Virus record (IMG/VR): IMGVR_UViG_3300005670_000019
Direction: 5' to 3' (one strand)
From: a virus
Lineage: Duplodnaviria > Caudoviricetes
Length of the DNA stretch: 64,000 nucleotides
Shown here: positions 18,229-28,481 of the stretch, piece by piece
Layout: the number at the start of each line of letters is the position of its first letter
How positions within the stretch are numbered: the first letter of the stretch is position 1
Translations under genes and position numbers: made by a program
Notes under the pieces: generated by a model
Told to the model about the DNA's origin: nothing
Databases searched by the model: none
The model's input: only the letters and a program-made list of their open reading frames with translations

Positions 18229-21200
18229 TCAATACCTATTCACCTCTCCAACAATTAGGCGGAGAAGGATGGTTGGTTTCAATCCATCTCTATTTGTGTC
18301 ACCAAGATAAGCATCTTCATATTTGTATTGAACTTTTGGTCTTTCCAACATGTGACTTTCAACAACAAAGTTTGTTCCATTATATCTTGTTCTACGAGGA
18401 ATGAGTTGCTCAATAAACATTCCAATGTTAGTATCAAACCATTTGTAAAACTCAAAGAAAGATTTCAAATTCATTCGACCTGTAAGTCGATTGAAATAGA
18501 TTGATCGAAGGTTGTCCAAGCCTGGATAATCAGGGGAAAATTGCAGTTCTGGATTTCCAATCACGTTGTCAAGTTCATTTAGTGTTGCAAAGATTTTTAC
18601 AATATCCTGATTGAGTGCATCAACAATAGAAAAATCTATAGAAAATTTATTGTTGTCGGTCGGTATTTCTGATCTCGGCAAGGAATAAACAGGTGCCGTT
18701 TGTGCTATTGAAGAAGATGCAACATTTTGAAAATCTTGGAATGAACGAACGCGAATTTTTTCAACAGAAACTCCTTCATCAAACTTTGGAGAAATGTAGC
18801 TGTAATAGTACATCTCTGGAACGATGACACTTGAAGTCAAAGGAAAAGCCGAACCAGACCAACCAAAATCACCCTGAGAAAAATCAAAGAGATCCAGTTC
18901 TCCGGTAACGTTTGATTGAGTAACGGCTTGATCTGTCGAAACATCCATTCTCAATTTTTGCCAAGAACCACTTACATTTGTAACGAAACCAAATTGACTT
19001 GATGGATTTTCAACACCAAGTGAGGAAGGATTTCGTACATGTTCAAGCCACTCGTGGTCAGTCAAATATTTCGACCAAAAACGTAGATAGGAAACCTTTC
19101 CAGCAAAGTTGGTTGTAAGAGAAGTCTGATCTCCATCTGCTCCCAAATAGGCTGTTTGATCAATTGAAGAACTTCCAATTGCCAAGAAAGCTCCAGATAC
19201 ATTTGAAGTAGAATCGATCTGCATGTATGGTGGAGGTGATCCAACAGTTGCAGTTAGGAAAGAAGAAGTTTGAAAAACTTGTTCAACTTCGCCAAAGTTC
19301 TGCTTGGCGGCACGAATAAAGAAAGATGAAGAAATTGTGGAATTCAATCCATCATCATTTCTTCGTCTTCCAAAAGAAATGTACCATTTGTCTCCATCAA
19401 AAATATCTGCTCCGGAAAGAAAAAGTGAATCATTCGAAACAACATCATCACTTTGATAAAGGTACAAACCCTGTCCATTTACAGCAACAAGATTCATCAA
19501 TGTTTGTCCAACTCCTTGAGGAGCTGACGAGCCAGTTGTTAGAAATCTAATCAAACTTTGTGATGGGAAGAGTTGAACAGAAAGTGGAGAGAATTTGTAT
19601 GTTCCTTCTATTGTCCAAGAACCCGATGTAAGAAGCGCATCGTTTCCTGCATCACCGGAAATGTATGGGTATCCTGGCTCTGTTCTTGGTGCGGTCAAAT
19701 ATGAACTTTGAACGAAACCTCCGGAAAGGAAGTTCAACATCATCGCACTTTCCGATCTTGTTTCTCTAGAAAATGTTAGTGGGCTTCTATTTGGTCCACC
19801 GTATTCTCTAATACGGAAGTTATTGTCAGGATCAATTCCAACTGTTCTCAAAAACGCTTTGATCGAGTGCAAAGTTCCCTTTGACCTCATAATACTATTG
19901 AGATTTACGAGAATACGGCGCCAAATTTGGTTTTGAACAAATTGTAAGGAACTTTCAGCAGAGGAATATTCCGTATCTAAATCATCTCCATCAATGAATT
20001 GTGAGATTGAAGAATTGGTGAATAATGGAGGAAGTACAATTCCTTCTCTTCTTGCAAAATCTTGTAGAAGTGCATTGGGAACTGTATCGATTGAATTGTA
20101 ATCAATTGCAACAACATTTGAAAATGCTTGCAAATAGAGCTTCATTTCATCAAAGAATTTTGCCCAAAGATACAACATTGAAAGCATTGCTGTTGTATCT
20201 CCCATTTGAGTTGTTCCAGGATTCGATCCAGAAATTAATGGATCAATGATATTTCCATCTTCATTTTCATATCCATAACTCTCTTGAGCTTCCAACAAAT
20301 AATGTTGAGGAATGAGGCGTGTAATAAGGTTTGGATTGTTCTGATCAAAAAAACTTGCAGAGGTGAGAAGGGTTGTTTCAAACTCAACCAATGGAGTGTA
20401 TTTTGGAAAAAGCACAGGGCTGTACAGAGGCTTCTCTAATGTCATTGGGGAAGGACCCGCAATTGAACTTGTCGGAATATCACGAACTCCTAGTTGATAT
20501 CCAGAAAGAGATAGGTTGCCATGAAGGCTGTTCGATGAATGATCCAGAACCAATCTTGTTTGAGAACCGGAAGGTTCATTGAAGCGATAGTAAAGTTTTA
20601 GATCATCTCCAGAAAAGACATTTCTCTTTGAGAACTTTTTCAACTCTTCAACTGTTCTAATATCATGCCAAACACGAAATTCATCAATAGCTCCGGACAA
20701 AGTATTTGAAGGAGTAAATCCAGAAAAAGAAGAACCAGATCCAATGATAAGAACTGAGGAGGTCAGAGGAAATGAATTGAATTCGATTGCAAATGAACTT
20801 GTTGAATTCAATTCTTGGTTTACATAACCATAAATTTGTTGATTACCCGGTGTTCTGTTCCAGATAAATGCGAGATGATTCCACTGTCCCTTATTGAACT
20901 CAATTGTTGTACTGTTTGTGTAACCACCAGAAACAACAAACAAAGTAGAAGAGCCATAGTCTGTTGAGGCTGTCGAGTTTAGAGTGATTGCATAACCAAA
21001 GTTGTCACTAATTTTGTTCAGAATGAACTGATTATCATTTGATTGTGAAGGTGCGAAAAATTGAAACTCAAAAGTCATTGACTTATTTTGAGGCATCAAT
21101 ATGGAGTCACCGGATGTGTTTGAAGATGCATTTGGAAATGTTGCACCTGCAATGTCTTGAGTTGTAACATACGTTCCTCCAGAACCTTCTCCATTGCTTC

Positions 21201-21615
21201 CTGAGAAGAAAAGGTAGGTGCAGTTCTTCGGCATTGTTTCAAAGACCCAACGTTCGAATCCTGTTAGGTTATCAAGAAATTCATCAATTTCTCCACGGTT
21301 TCCATCGAATGGGAAACTGTCAATTATCTTTTGAAAAGCGACATTTGACTTTACTTGAGCCGAGTTGAAAAATGTGTGATTCTCAAATTGTGACCATGAG
21401 ATGTTGAGTTGTTGTGTGTTTTTCAACCCTACCAAATTTGGTTCATATTTGAAAGAAGATGTTGACGAAAGAGAAGTTGAAGAAACCTCGTCTGCGTTAT
21501 ACTTTGACAAAACAACAGCATCACCTTGCACGTTTGTAATACCACGAATTACCGTTGGTTCAAACAATGATGGTTTGTTGAACTGAAGAGATGTAATGTT
21601 GTTGTTTTTTGGCAT
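18229..21615 (-). CDS. Baseplate wedge-like protein with two LamG-like domains (~1128 aa)
   Basis: LamG motifs (WNHLAF..GAIDEFRVW..LYYRFNE; GKVSYLRFWSK) flank a tail-I/gp7-like motif SKGTLHSIKAFL..GI. Confidence 0.7.
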   Translation of the reverse strand: MPKNNNITSLQFNKPSLFEPTVIRGITNVQGDAVVLSKYNADEVSSTSLSSTSSFKYEPNLVGLKNTQQLNISWSQFENHTFFNSAQVKSNVAFQKIIDSFPFDGNRGEIDEFLDNLTGFERWVFETMPKNCTYLFFSGSNGEGSGGTYVTTQDIAGATFPNASSNTSGDSILMPQNKSMTFEFQFFAPSQSNDNQFILNKISDNFGYAITLNSTASTDYGSSTLFVVSGGYTNSTTIEFNKGQWNHLAFIWNRTPGNQQIYGYVNQELNSTSSFAIEFNSFPLTSSVLIIGSGSSFSGFTPSNTLSGAIDEFRVWHDIRTVEELKKFSKRNVFSGDDLKLYYRFNEPSGSQTRLVLDHSSNSLHGNLSLSGYQLGVRDIPTSSIAGPSPMTLEKPLYSPVLFPKYTPLVEFETTLLTSASFFDQNNPNLITRLIPQHYLLEAQESYGYENEDGNIIDPLISGSNPGTTQMGDTTAMLSMLYLWAKFFDEMKLYLQAFSNVVAIDYNSIDTVPNALLQDFARREGIVLPPLFTNSSISQFIDGDDLDTEYSSAESSLQFVQNQIWRRILVNLNSIMRSKGTLHSIKAFLRTVGIDPDNNFRIREYGGPNRSPLTFSRETRSESAMMLNFLSGGFVQSSYLTAPRTEPGYPYISGDAGNDALLTSGSWTIEGTYKFSPLSVQLFPSQSLIRFLTTGSSAPQGVGQTLMNLVAVNGQGLYLYQSDDVVSNDSLFLSGADIFDGDKWYISFGRRRNDDGLNSTISSSFFIRAAKQNFGEVEQVFQTSSFLTATVGSPPPYMQIDSTSNVSGAFLAIGSSSIDQTAYLGADGDQTSLTTNFAGKVSYLRFWSKYLTDHEWLEHVRNPSSLGVENPSSQFGFVTNVSGSWQKLRMDVSTDQAVTQSNVTGELDLFDFSQGDFGWSGSAFPLTSSVIVPEMYYYSYISPKFDEGVSVEKIRVRSFQDFQNVASSSIAQTAPVYSLPRSEIPTDNNKFSIDFSIVDALNQDIVKIFATLNELDNVIGNPELQFSPDYPGLDNLRSIYFNRLTGRMNLKSFFEFYKWFDTNIGMFIEQLIPRRTRYNGTNFVVESHMLERPKVQYKYEDAYLGDTNRDGLKPTILLRLIVGEVNRY

Positions 21616-23201
21616 CAAGAAACCTTGAAAATAAATCCGTTATTTTGAATTAGTGTATCTTTTCCGTTTTCAGAAATTTTGAATTCAAACTCATAAACCT
21701 GTCCAGAAACTAAATCAGACATCCAAAAATCAAAATAGTTTCCATCTCCATCATATGATGTTTTGGTTGCAACATCATCAAATGGAATGATGACTTGTTT
21801 TGTAATGCCGTCAACCATTCTCCAAAACATGTTCTTTTTGACAGAAGGTTTCGGGTCACGTGAAAACTTAGAGGGCACCAGGAAATCGCTATAATCCTGT
21901 ACGAACACTCGCAGACGAGCAACCTGATCTCTGGTGTACGTGTTCTGAAGATTGAACATACTCACAACAACATTTTGACTTGGCAGCGAGGAAATCGTAC
22001 TTGTTTTTCTAGAAAATTGAATTGCCGAGCCAGTGGCGAACACATAAGAAGCGTCTGAACTCTTCCAATATGGTGTGAAAGAAAAATCTGTTGAACCAGA
22101 TAGGAAGGCATTTAGTTCTGAGTTCGCTGTTGGATCGAGAACCACAGAAGCCGAGTAATATCCGGTCAGTGGAACATAACCAATTAAGACAGACGAACCA
22201 CTGAACTGCTGGGTAAACGTTGAGAGCGATCTGGTCAAATGGTTTATGGATGCAGAATGAGTTGTGCTATAACTACTCGTCCAGTAACTCACCCATTTAC
22301 TTCCAACAAGTTCCAACAACAAACAATTACTTCCCGAAACTTCATTTCCAGCAAGAACGAAGTTTTGGAAAATTCCATTTGGAGAGTTGTAAAGAAAGAT
22401 GTTGTTTGGGATAGAACCAAACAACGCTTTTGAATTGTCATCTTGAAGAACGTCATCGTATTTTACGATAAGTCTTGGTTGAAGATCAGGGTTTGCTTGT
22501 TTTGATCCAAATCGCTTCACAAAGCGTGTTTGGTTGTCAGTTTCTTCAAGATTTGAAAAGGAAATTCTCCAGCCGTGATCAGGAAGAAGACCAACAATCG
22601 TTCCTGAAACCAATGAAGTGACTTCAACAAAAAGGTCTTCATCTCCACGGGCAAAAGCAAAACTTGCTGTGGTCGATTGCACACCGACACCGAGATTACC
22701 GGAAGTGATCAAATCAATATTGTTAGAACCGAGCAAACCCTTGGCATTTGCGCCAGCTTCATTCCAGAGGGAAGTACCATTGTTTATTGAGGCTGTCAAC
22801 CAATTCACAGCATCTTTATCTCTAAATGAGATAACGTCTCTTCCTCGTCCTTCATCCCAGGATTTTGAAACTGGAATTACTTCGAGTGTAAAGTTTGATG
22901 GAGTAGTCTGTCCTCCATACACATCTTTCATGTGCAGATATGCCTTGAATGAATTATCTCCAACGTTCAGAATACTACTTGTAAGTGCAACAATTGGTGA
23001 TAAATCAAACTTCAACAAACCTCTTGTAAGTTCGATCTCATCATCGATTACAGTAGATCCGCTCAGGATCTTGGTTTCGCCATATAGTTTATAAAGGTCA
23101 ATTGTTCCTGCTTGACCAGTATTTGCATTGAATGACCTACTTCCTGCAATGTATTTTGAGGTGATGTAGGCATCTTTTGAACATGATAAAATTCTGTACA
23201 T
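21615..23201 (-). CDS. Probable virion structural protein (~528 aa)
   Basis: Start ATG 23201 (MYRILSCSKDAYIT). RGLLKFDL..WDEG.G..PRLIVKY pattern resembles DNRLRE-like beta domains. Confidence 0.6.
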   Translation of the reverse strand: MYRILSCSKDAYITSKYIAGSRSFNANTGQAGTIDLYKLYGETKILSGSTVIDDEIELTRGLLKFDLSPIVALTSSILNVGDNSFKAYLHMKDVYGGQTTPSNFTLEVIPVSKSWDEGRGRDVISFRDKDAVNWLTASINNGTSLWNEAGANAKGLLGSNNIDLITSGNLGVGVQSTTASFAFARGDEDLFVEVTSLVSGTIVGLLPDHGWRISFSNLEETDNQTRFVKRFGSKQANPDLQPRLIVKYDDVLQDDNSKALFGSIPNNIFLYNSPNGIFQNFVLAGNEVSGSNCLLLELVGSKWVSYWTSSYSTTHSASINHLTRSLSTFTQQFSGSSVLIGYVPLTGYYSASVVLDPTANSELNAFLSGSTDFSFTPYWKSSDASYVFATGSAIQFSRKTSTISSLPSQNVVVSMFNLQNTYTRDQVARLRVFVQDYSDFLVPSKFSRDPKPSVKKNMFWRMVDGITKQVIIPFDDVATKTSYDGDGNYFDFWMSDLVSGQVYEFEFKISENGKDTLIQNNGFIFKVS

Positions 23202-23202
23202 A

Positions 23203-25044
23203 TCAAACAGCCGTTCCCTGTAGATCAAAATTCTTATACTTTACTTCAAAGATGGATCCCGGAGGTCCAATAACAATTCCCTTTGAAGTGTTTGCTTCAA
23301 CGTTGAACTGAACATTTGAATATGTTCTTTGTCCAACACTTGTGTTTATGTTTTTGACATTGATTGTGTCAACTGAAATAACACCAGGATTGTTGAAGAT
23401 GATGTTGTGAAGATCAGAAAGAACGAGCGGTTGATCAATATCAAAGTTCTTTTGTTGAAAGAATGCTGACAGTTTTTTGACTACGTTTTGAACAACAATC
23501 TGTTTGTTTTCTCTAGGATCCACAACAATACTGAAATCTACTCCAATGTTTATAATTTGAGCATCGAGAATGTCAATTGCATCTGAGATTATTCGATAAG
23601 TGGAAAGAAAGGTTCGAATATTCTTTTTCAAGGCATCCGGTGAGATTGTTAATTGTCCATTCGAATCTCTAGAAACAACAAACAGTTGCGATGCCATTGG
23701 ATTGTCAGGATTGTTTCTAATGGAAGCTCGGAAAACTCGACCGAAATTGGAAGGCATTGTATAAAGCCTTGCCAGCAAGTCGGGCTTTGAAACAATTCTT
23801 CCTTGAGAAGCTTTCACGGAAGGTGCTCGAAGTTTCAAATCATCAATCGACGGAGCATCCTCACCTCCTCCAGCCTTTTCATCATTTGAAGCATCAAGCG
23901 ATGATCTTACAAACTGTGCTGTGGCAGGATCAGGCGAGCCTGGAAAGGTAATTCTTGTTTGAACAACGCCAGAAATGCTCTTTCGTGGAATGTTGTGATT
24001 TAGACCGCCACCATGACGATATGTGACTGTAACCGTAGTGTTTGGTGCCAAAATACCAAGTGTTGTAGTTTTCAAAAGATTTCCAGGATTGATGGAGAAC
24101 CTTGAAAACGTTCTCTTTCCATAGAGAGGCACGGCAAACTCACTCGGATCCGGAATGATATCATCATTCAAAGTCTCAGCAGAACCACCGCCAAAAGTAA
24201 GTGTTGTAAGTCTGGTTTGAAGATTCATCTTTGAAATAAATCTATAAGGCGCAGGAATTGGAATTAGATTGTCTGGCACATCTGCAAAGTCACTTGCAAT
24301 GTTCGTCACAGCTTTGTACACTGTATCTTCATTGAGAGCATCAACTTCATAATATACGTTTCCAAGACTATCTGTAACTGAGATTATTTCAGTTACATTT
24401 TCTTTGGAAAGTGTAAAGGTTTTGAATGGTTCAAAACTTCCAACAGAAAAACTATCTGAAGCTCTTTGTCCAGAAATACAAATCTCTTTGCGTTTCAAAA
24501 AGAAGGTTGTTGGAATATTTGAACTGTTCAATTGTCCGATTGAGACTTCTGCCAACAGAACACCATTGGGGTTTGTTTCTCTGAAATCAATATCTTCAAC
24601 AAGTTCGAACTCTACTCCATTATTTGAACGAATCACAGTTCCGGCTCTGAGGATTGGAAGAGCAGCAGGATTTGGTCTTGGATTTGGATCTGAGATTGCT
24701 GGTACTTCAATAAAGAATGTTGCATTGAGAACTGCTGGAGATGCCCCAACTATTTTCACTCCATCCTTTTCAAGCAGACGTTGAATGTTTCTGTTTTCTA
24801 CAGCACTATCTGTAAATGTTTCTTGGTATTGGTGGTCAAGATAGAAAGAAGAAACGTCCCCAACGTAAGATGCAAAATCAAGAAGCATTCCTCCGAATGA
24901 AGCTTCAGAGAAATCTCTGTTTGCATCATTGTAATAGGTTCGCGCATAATCCAAAAGATCACGTTTGAAACCATCAAAATCTTTGTTTAGATACTTTCTT
25001 TCTTTGATCCTTTTGAGGATATCTTTCTTGCTGTTATCTGCCAT
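23203..25044 (-). CDS. Baseplate wedge subunit (T4 gp6 / baseplate J-like)
   Basis: YLNKDFDGFK..DFSEASFGGMLLD..YVGDVSSFYLD N-terminus; GGGEDAPSIDDLK..QGRIVSKPD. Confidence 0.85.
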   Translation of the reverse strand: MADNSKKDILKRIKERKYLNKDFDGFKRDLLDYARTYYNDANRDFSEASFGGMLLDFASYVGDVSSFYLDHQYQETFTDSAVENRNIQRLLEKDGVKIVGASPAVLNATFFIEVPAISDPNPRPNPAALPILRAGTVIRSNNGVEFELVEDIDFRETNPNGVLLAEVSIGQLNSSNIPTTFFLKRKEICISGQRASDSFSVGSFEPFKTFTLSKENVTEIISVTDSLGNVYYEVDALNEDTVYKAVTNIASDFADVPDNLIPIPAPYRFISKMNLQTRLTTLTFGGGSAETLNDDIIPDPSEFAVPLYGKRTFSRFSINPGNLLKTTTLGILAPNTTVTVTYRHGGGLNHNIPRKSISGVVQTRITFPGSPDPATAQFVRSSLDASNDEKAGGGEDAPSIDDLKLRAPSVKASQGRIVSKPDLLARLYTMPSNFGRVFRASIRNNPDNPMASQLFVVSRDSNGQLTISPDALKKNIRTFLSTYRIISDAIDILDAQIINIGVDFSIVVDPRENKQIVVQNVVKKLSAFFQQKNFDIDQPLVLSDLHNIIFNNPGVISVDTINVKNINTSVGQRTYSNVQFNVEANTSKGIVIGPPGSIFEVKYKNFDLQGTAV

Positions 25045-25046
25045 AA

Positions 25047-25526
25047 TCAACCACCAACATAAATAACCACTTCAGCAACCGCTTCCGAAATGGCAGCTTG
25101 TGGCACTGAATAAATAAGAATGATTTTCACCTTTGCTATTCTTCCATCAACATCTGTTCTATCAATTTTACTTTCATAGAACAATGGAGTGACGAATGGC
25201 ATCCATTTTGTTATGGCTGAGTTGATACGAACGATTGCCTGATTGTCAAAATCTTCTTTATTGAGAAATTCAAAACACAAAGGTCTTAGATTTGCCCCAA
25301 AATTGTATAGCTCTACGCGCTCACCCCAATTGGTCATAACCAAGTTTTTCAAATTGTCAGCAACTTGATCACCGAGAAGATAATTCATCTCAAAGAAACT
25401 TCTTCCGGAATAATCCAGTCGAACTGGAGTTTTTACTCCAATTGGTATTTCTAGTGTTCGTCTTGATAGACTTTCATTTCTATTTGAATACTCAACTCCA
25501 ACATCTTTGAAACTCATTCTTGACAT
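25047..25526 (-). CDS. Baseplate protein, GPW/gp25 family
   Basis: NLKNLVMTNWGERV..NFGANLR..FE..AITKWMPFV; adjacent to the gp6-like gene. Confidence 0.85.
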   Translation of the reverse strand: MSRMSFKDVGVEYSNRNESLSRRTLEIPIGVKTPVRLDYSGRSFFEMNYLLGDQVADNLKNLVMTNWGERVELYNFGANLRPLCFEFLNKEDFDNQAIVRINSAITKWMPFVTPLFYESKIDRTDVDGRIAKVKIILIYSVPQAAISEAVAEVVIYVGG

Positions 25527-25528
25527 GA

Positions 25529-25825
25529 TCAAACCTCGCTAATCGTTGGAACAGAATTTCCAGCGGTTCTTCTTATTTCTTCACGCAGCTCAGCAATTCT
25601 GTTTTCAACATAATCTACAACAAACTGATAAATCACTTCACCACGTTCTTTTGCATCAATCTCTAAAATCTCTGTGGCAATCCGTTCTGCTCTTCTCCTG
25701 ATCTCCTCAGCAGATTGGTTTGTTGAAGAGTTTCCAGATTTGGATTTTTCAATAGCTCTTTCTCTTGTTTTTTCAGAAGCTTTTTTCAAACCCTCTGTCA
25801 ATGTCTTTTTTGTTGCTTCTGCCAT
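25529..25825 (-). CDS. Hypothetical protein (98 aa)
   Basis: Coupled ORF in the baseplate operon. Confidence 0.6.
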   Translation of the reverse strand: MAEATKKTLTEGLKKASEKTRERAIEKSKSGNSSTNQSAEEIRRRAERIATEILEIDAKERGEVIYQFVVDYVENRIAELREEIRRTAGNSVPTISEV

Positions 25826-25828
25826 TTA

Positions 25829-27490
25829 TCATTCTCCAAAGATGCGTTTTGAACGTGCTTCGTCAATCTTGTTTTTCGTTTTTGTATTTCCGTCACTTAC
25901 ATGTTGGTCCGTACTTGGTTTTTGCTGACTGTTTGCCGTTCTGACATTTGTCAAACCAGCACTGATAATGCTTGCTGCTGCTGTGGCGCCACTATCTGGT
26001 CCATATGGAGTACATGTACTTGCTTGCAAAGCCAATCCTACTTGTTGAAGCAAATTGGCAACTTGATCCCTCACAGCTTCAATCTCTTTTCTCATGTCAG
26101 ATCGTAGATTTTCGATTGTTTCTGCAATGCTTTCACCAGCTTCTTTTACTTTTGTGTATTTCAGATAAGGTTCTGGACCTGCTTCAACAGAATCCAAATC
26201 GGGTTCTTGGGAACCATCAGTCGCTCTTCCAAGGAAAATTTGAGCTCCATTTATTTGAATGCGTCCATCTTTGGTAATCAAAATATTCGCTATGGTATTT
26301 TTATCACCTTCTTTGACAATAAGAATGGAACCTTCTACTTCTTCATTATGTCTTGCAATAATTCTAACGTTGTCACTCTTTGCAACAACATATGAACGAT
26401 TTTTTACGCCACTTGCCTCTGGTTGTGGCTGAACAAGAACATTACTTGGATATTCCAATTCTGTCAATCCAAAACTTTCATCTGCTCTAGCTTGTTGTGC
26501 AATATAAAGCCTCGAAGCATCCTCAACAAAGTCATTGTCACCCTCTTGTGGGTTGTTGTTCTTGTTGCGTCTGTATGGGGCTCTATCTGCCTCTAGAAGC
26601 CCTCTACGATTCTCTATAAGGCGCGCAGATGTTTTCTGTGGGTCTTCGTCCTGTGAATTAGGAACGGTCCTTCCACGACCTGCTACAAGGTCTATACAGC
26701 CCGCAGAACCAGAGACGTCCAGTTCTGATCTTGATGTTCCAGAAGTTTGATCTTCACCCAAAAGAATGGCTGAATTATTCGATCCCTGAATGAGGAAATC
26801 TCCGGGTCTTTTCTTTTTGATTGGAACAGGTTCATATGTTGTAACTTTGTTAGCCTTGGCTGTTTGAAAGATTGTTTCAAACGGGTTTTGTCCAACATCT
26901 GTCGGAGACACTCCAATAGAAAACGTAGATGAAGTATTTCCTCCATTTTGAAATCCGGGAGGAATAGCTTGGTCAGTTCGTTCGTCTCTTTCACTGGTTC
27001 GATAGTTATCTGGATGAAAAGTTGGATCAAACTTTCTATCTGAATGTGAATAGTTTGGATCTTCGATTGTTGCCCATTCAGTTGGACGAGAAAGCCAATA
27101 TCCAATCTTCATACCGTTGTTTTGAATGTCTTCAAATAGTCCCCAAACCATTTCACCAGCTTTTACTGGAAGCATCAAGTGAGATGAAAAGAAAGGTAGA
27201 AGAATAATCCCTTGGGCATTGGTGCTTTCTTGTTGGTCTGAGACGATTCGCGCAACAACAGATCCATTCGGCATTACATCAATGATTTCTGGGTTTACAA
27301 CAGATGAGGCGATTAGATCGAGGTCCTCTTCTTCAAATTGTTCAATGTCATAAATCACGTCAACAACAACACATTTGACAAAAGAAGACGGATTGCCTTG
27401 TTTGCGCAAGGCACCTAAATCATTAGAAATGTCAGTTCTATTACCTGACGTCAATCTCCTATTTGGATTGAATCCGCTTCTTACTGCCAT
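25829..27490 (-). CDS. Probable baseplate hub/central spike protein (gp5/VgrG-like OB-fold N-terminus)
   Basis: LPVKAGEMVW..GYWLS OB-fold pattern; PGDFLIQGSNNSAILLG; position next to gp25-like gene. Confidence 0.55.
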   Translation of the reverse strand: MAVRSGFNPNRRLTSGNRTDISNDLGALRKQGNPSSFVKCVVVDVIYDIEQFEEEDLDLIASSVVNPEIIDVMPNGSVVARIVSDQQESTNAQGIILLPFFSSHLMLPVKAGEMVWGLFEDIQNNGMKIGYWLSRPTEWATIEDPNYSHSDRKFDPTFHPDNYRTSERDERTDQAIPPGFQNGGNTSSTFSIGVSPTDVGQNPFETIFQTAKANKVTTYEPVPIKKKRPGDFLIQGSNNSAILLGEDQTSGTSRSELDVSGSAGCIDLVAGRGRTVPNSQDEDPQKTSARLIENRRGLLEADRAPYRRNKNNNPQEGDNDFVEDASRLYIAQQARADESFGLTELEYPSNVLVQPQPEASGVKNRSYVVAKSDNVRIIARHNEEVEGSILIVKEGDKNTIANILITKDGRIQINGAQIFLGRATDGSQEPDLDSVEAGPEPYLKYTKVKEAGESIAETIENLRSDMRKEIEAVRDQVANLLQQVGLALQASTCTPYGPDSGATAAASIISAGLTNVRTANSQQKPSTDQHVSDGNTKTKNKIDEARSKRIFGE

Positions 27491-27493
27491 ATG

Positions 27494-27904
27494 TCAGTGC
27501 TTCTTTCGCCTTGAGAAAGGATCGATAACTTCTTTCTTTTCGATAGTTTCATAGACGTCTTCTCCATCTATGTAGTTGTCCTCTTCCTTCTTTCTGCTAA
27601 TGAGATCAGCTAACTTGATTAATTGATCGTTTGCTTTACTCATTCTTTCAAGATATTTTGTGATTGTTTGTCCATGGATTGCATGCTCATTTGAGTTTCC
27701 ATGAACCTTCATGTAAAGATCAGAGAAGCAAAGGTAAGCATTGCTTCTGTCTGTAATGGCATTTGAATAGATGTTCTTCCACAATGCCTTTTGTTTGTCT
27801 TCAAGAGAACTGATTGAATCAAGCACGTCAGCAAAATCTTGGATTTGTCTCTTGTTTTCATCGTTGAGTTCTTCTGGTGATTTTAGGTCAAATTCTGTTG
27901 TCAT
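27494..27904 (-). CDS. Hypothetical helical protein (136 aa)
   Basis: GGAG RBS; first gene of the baseplate operon; ATAATTAT motif upstream. Confidence 0.65.
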   Translation of the reverse strand: MTTEFDLKSPEELNDENKRQIQDFADVLDSISSLEDKQKALWKNIYSNAITDRSNAYLCFSDLYMKVHGNSNEHAIHGQTITKYLERMSKANDQLIKLADLISRKKEEDNYIDGEDVYETIEKKEVIDPFSRRKKH

Positions 27905-27959
27905 TATTTCTCCGTATCAAATAAATTGTACCTATAATTATGGCAAAGTTCAATTCCAA

Positions 27960-28481
27960 ATGATTTATGTTCACTTTACAAACCTGAAAGATGCCGTTGC
28001 TATCAAAAAGAGTGGAGTTCTCTGGAAGAGTTCCTATATCGAAGGTATCTTTGCTGTAGCAAAAGGCGGGTTTTCATCACCAGGTGTTCAACAATCCAAA
28101 CTTGGTAGAGTAAGTAATAGAAATGTGGCAGTGGTCTTCAAAACAGAAGTTCTGCCAGATGCAGCCTTTCCGGAAGAAGTTGTTTGGCATGATCTTGAAG
28201 ATATACCAATAAAGGTCATAAGCATTGTGAATCTTGATCAGTTGGAAAGGTCAGGTTTTCTTGATGAGAGCCTGCCCATAGATCCAGAGTTTGATCAACT
28301 TTCCATCCCACTTCATCCTGCATTCTCTTGGTTTCCAGATAGAGACTGGACAAGAATGCCAAAAGGAACCAAGCCGTGGATCCCGGGAAGAGACAATGAG
28401 AAATACAAAAAGGCTCACGCCATGTTTGCAGCGGAAGCCTCAATAGAAGAAATTTCAGATTTTTGGAACTCTTTCAAATAG
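27960..28481 (+). CDS. Possible ADP-ribosyltransferase-fold protein (~173 aa)
   Basis: Start ATG 27960. YVHFT..AIKKSGVL..GIFAV..PEEVVW resembles an H-x-T / late-Glu ART core. Lone plus-strand gene. Confidence 0.4.
   Translation: MIYVHFTNLKDAVAIKKSGVLWKSSYIEGIFAVAKGGFSSPGVQQSKLGRVSNRNVAVVFKTEVLPDAAFPEEVVWHDLEDIPIKVISIVNLDQLERSGFLDESLPIDPEFDQLSIPLHPAFSWFPDRDWTRMPKGTKPWIPGRDNEKYKKAHAMFAAEASIEEISDFWNSFK

Noticed and set aside
13438-21615. Diversity-generating retroelement targeting the lectin-like proteins
   Set aside because: No reverse transcriptase and no template/variable repeat pair seen in this window.
23203-27490. Extracellular contractile injection system or T6SS
   Set aside because: gp25/gp6-like genes are shared with these systems, but the surrounding Prim-Pol, PhoH, late sigma and early-gene island fit a phage genome.
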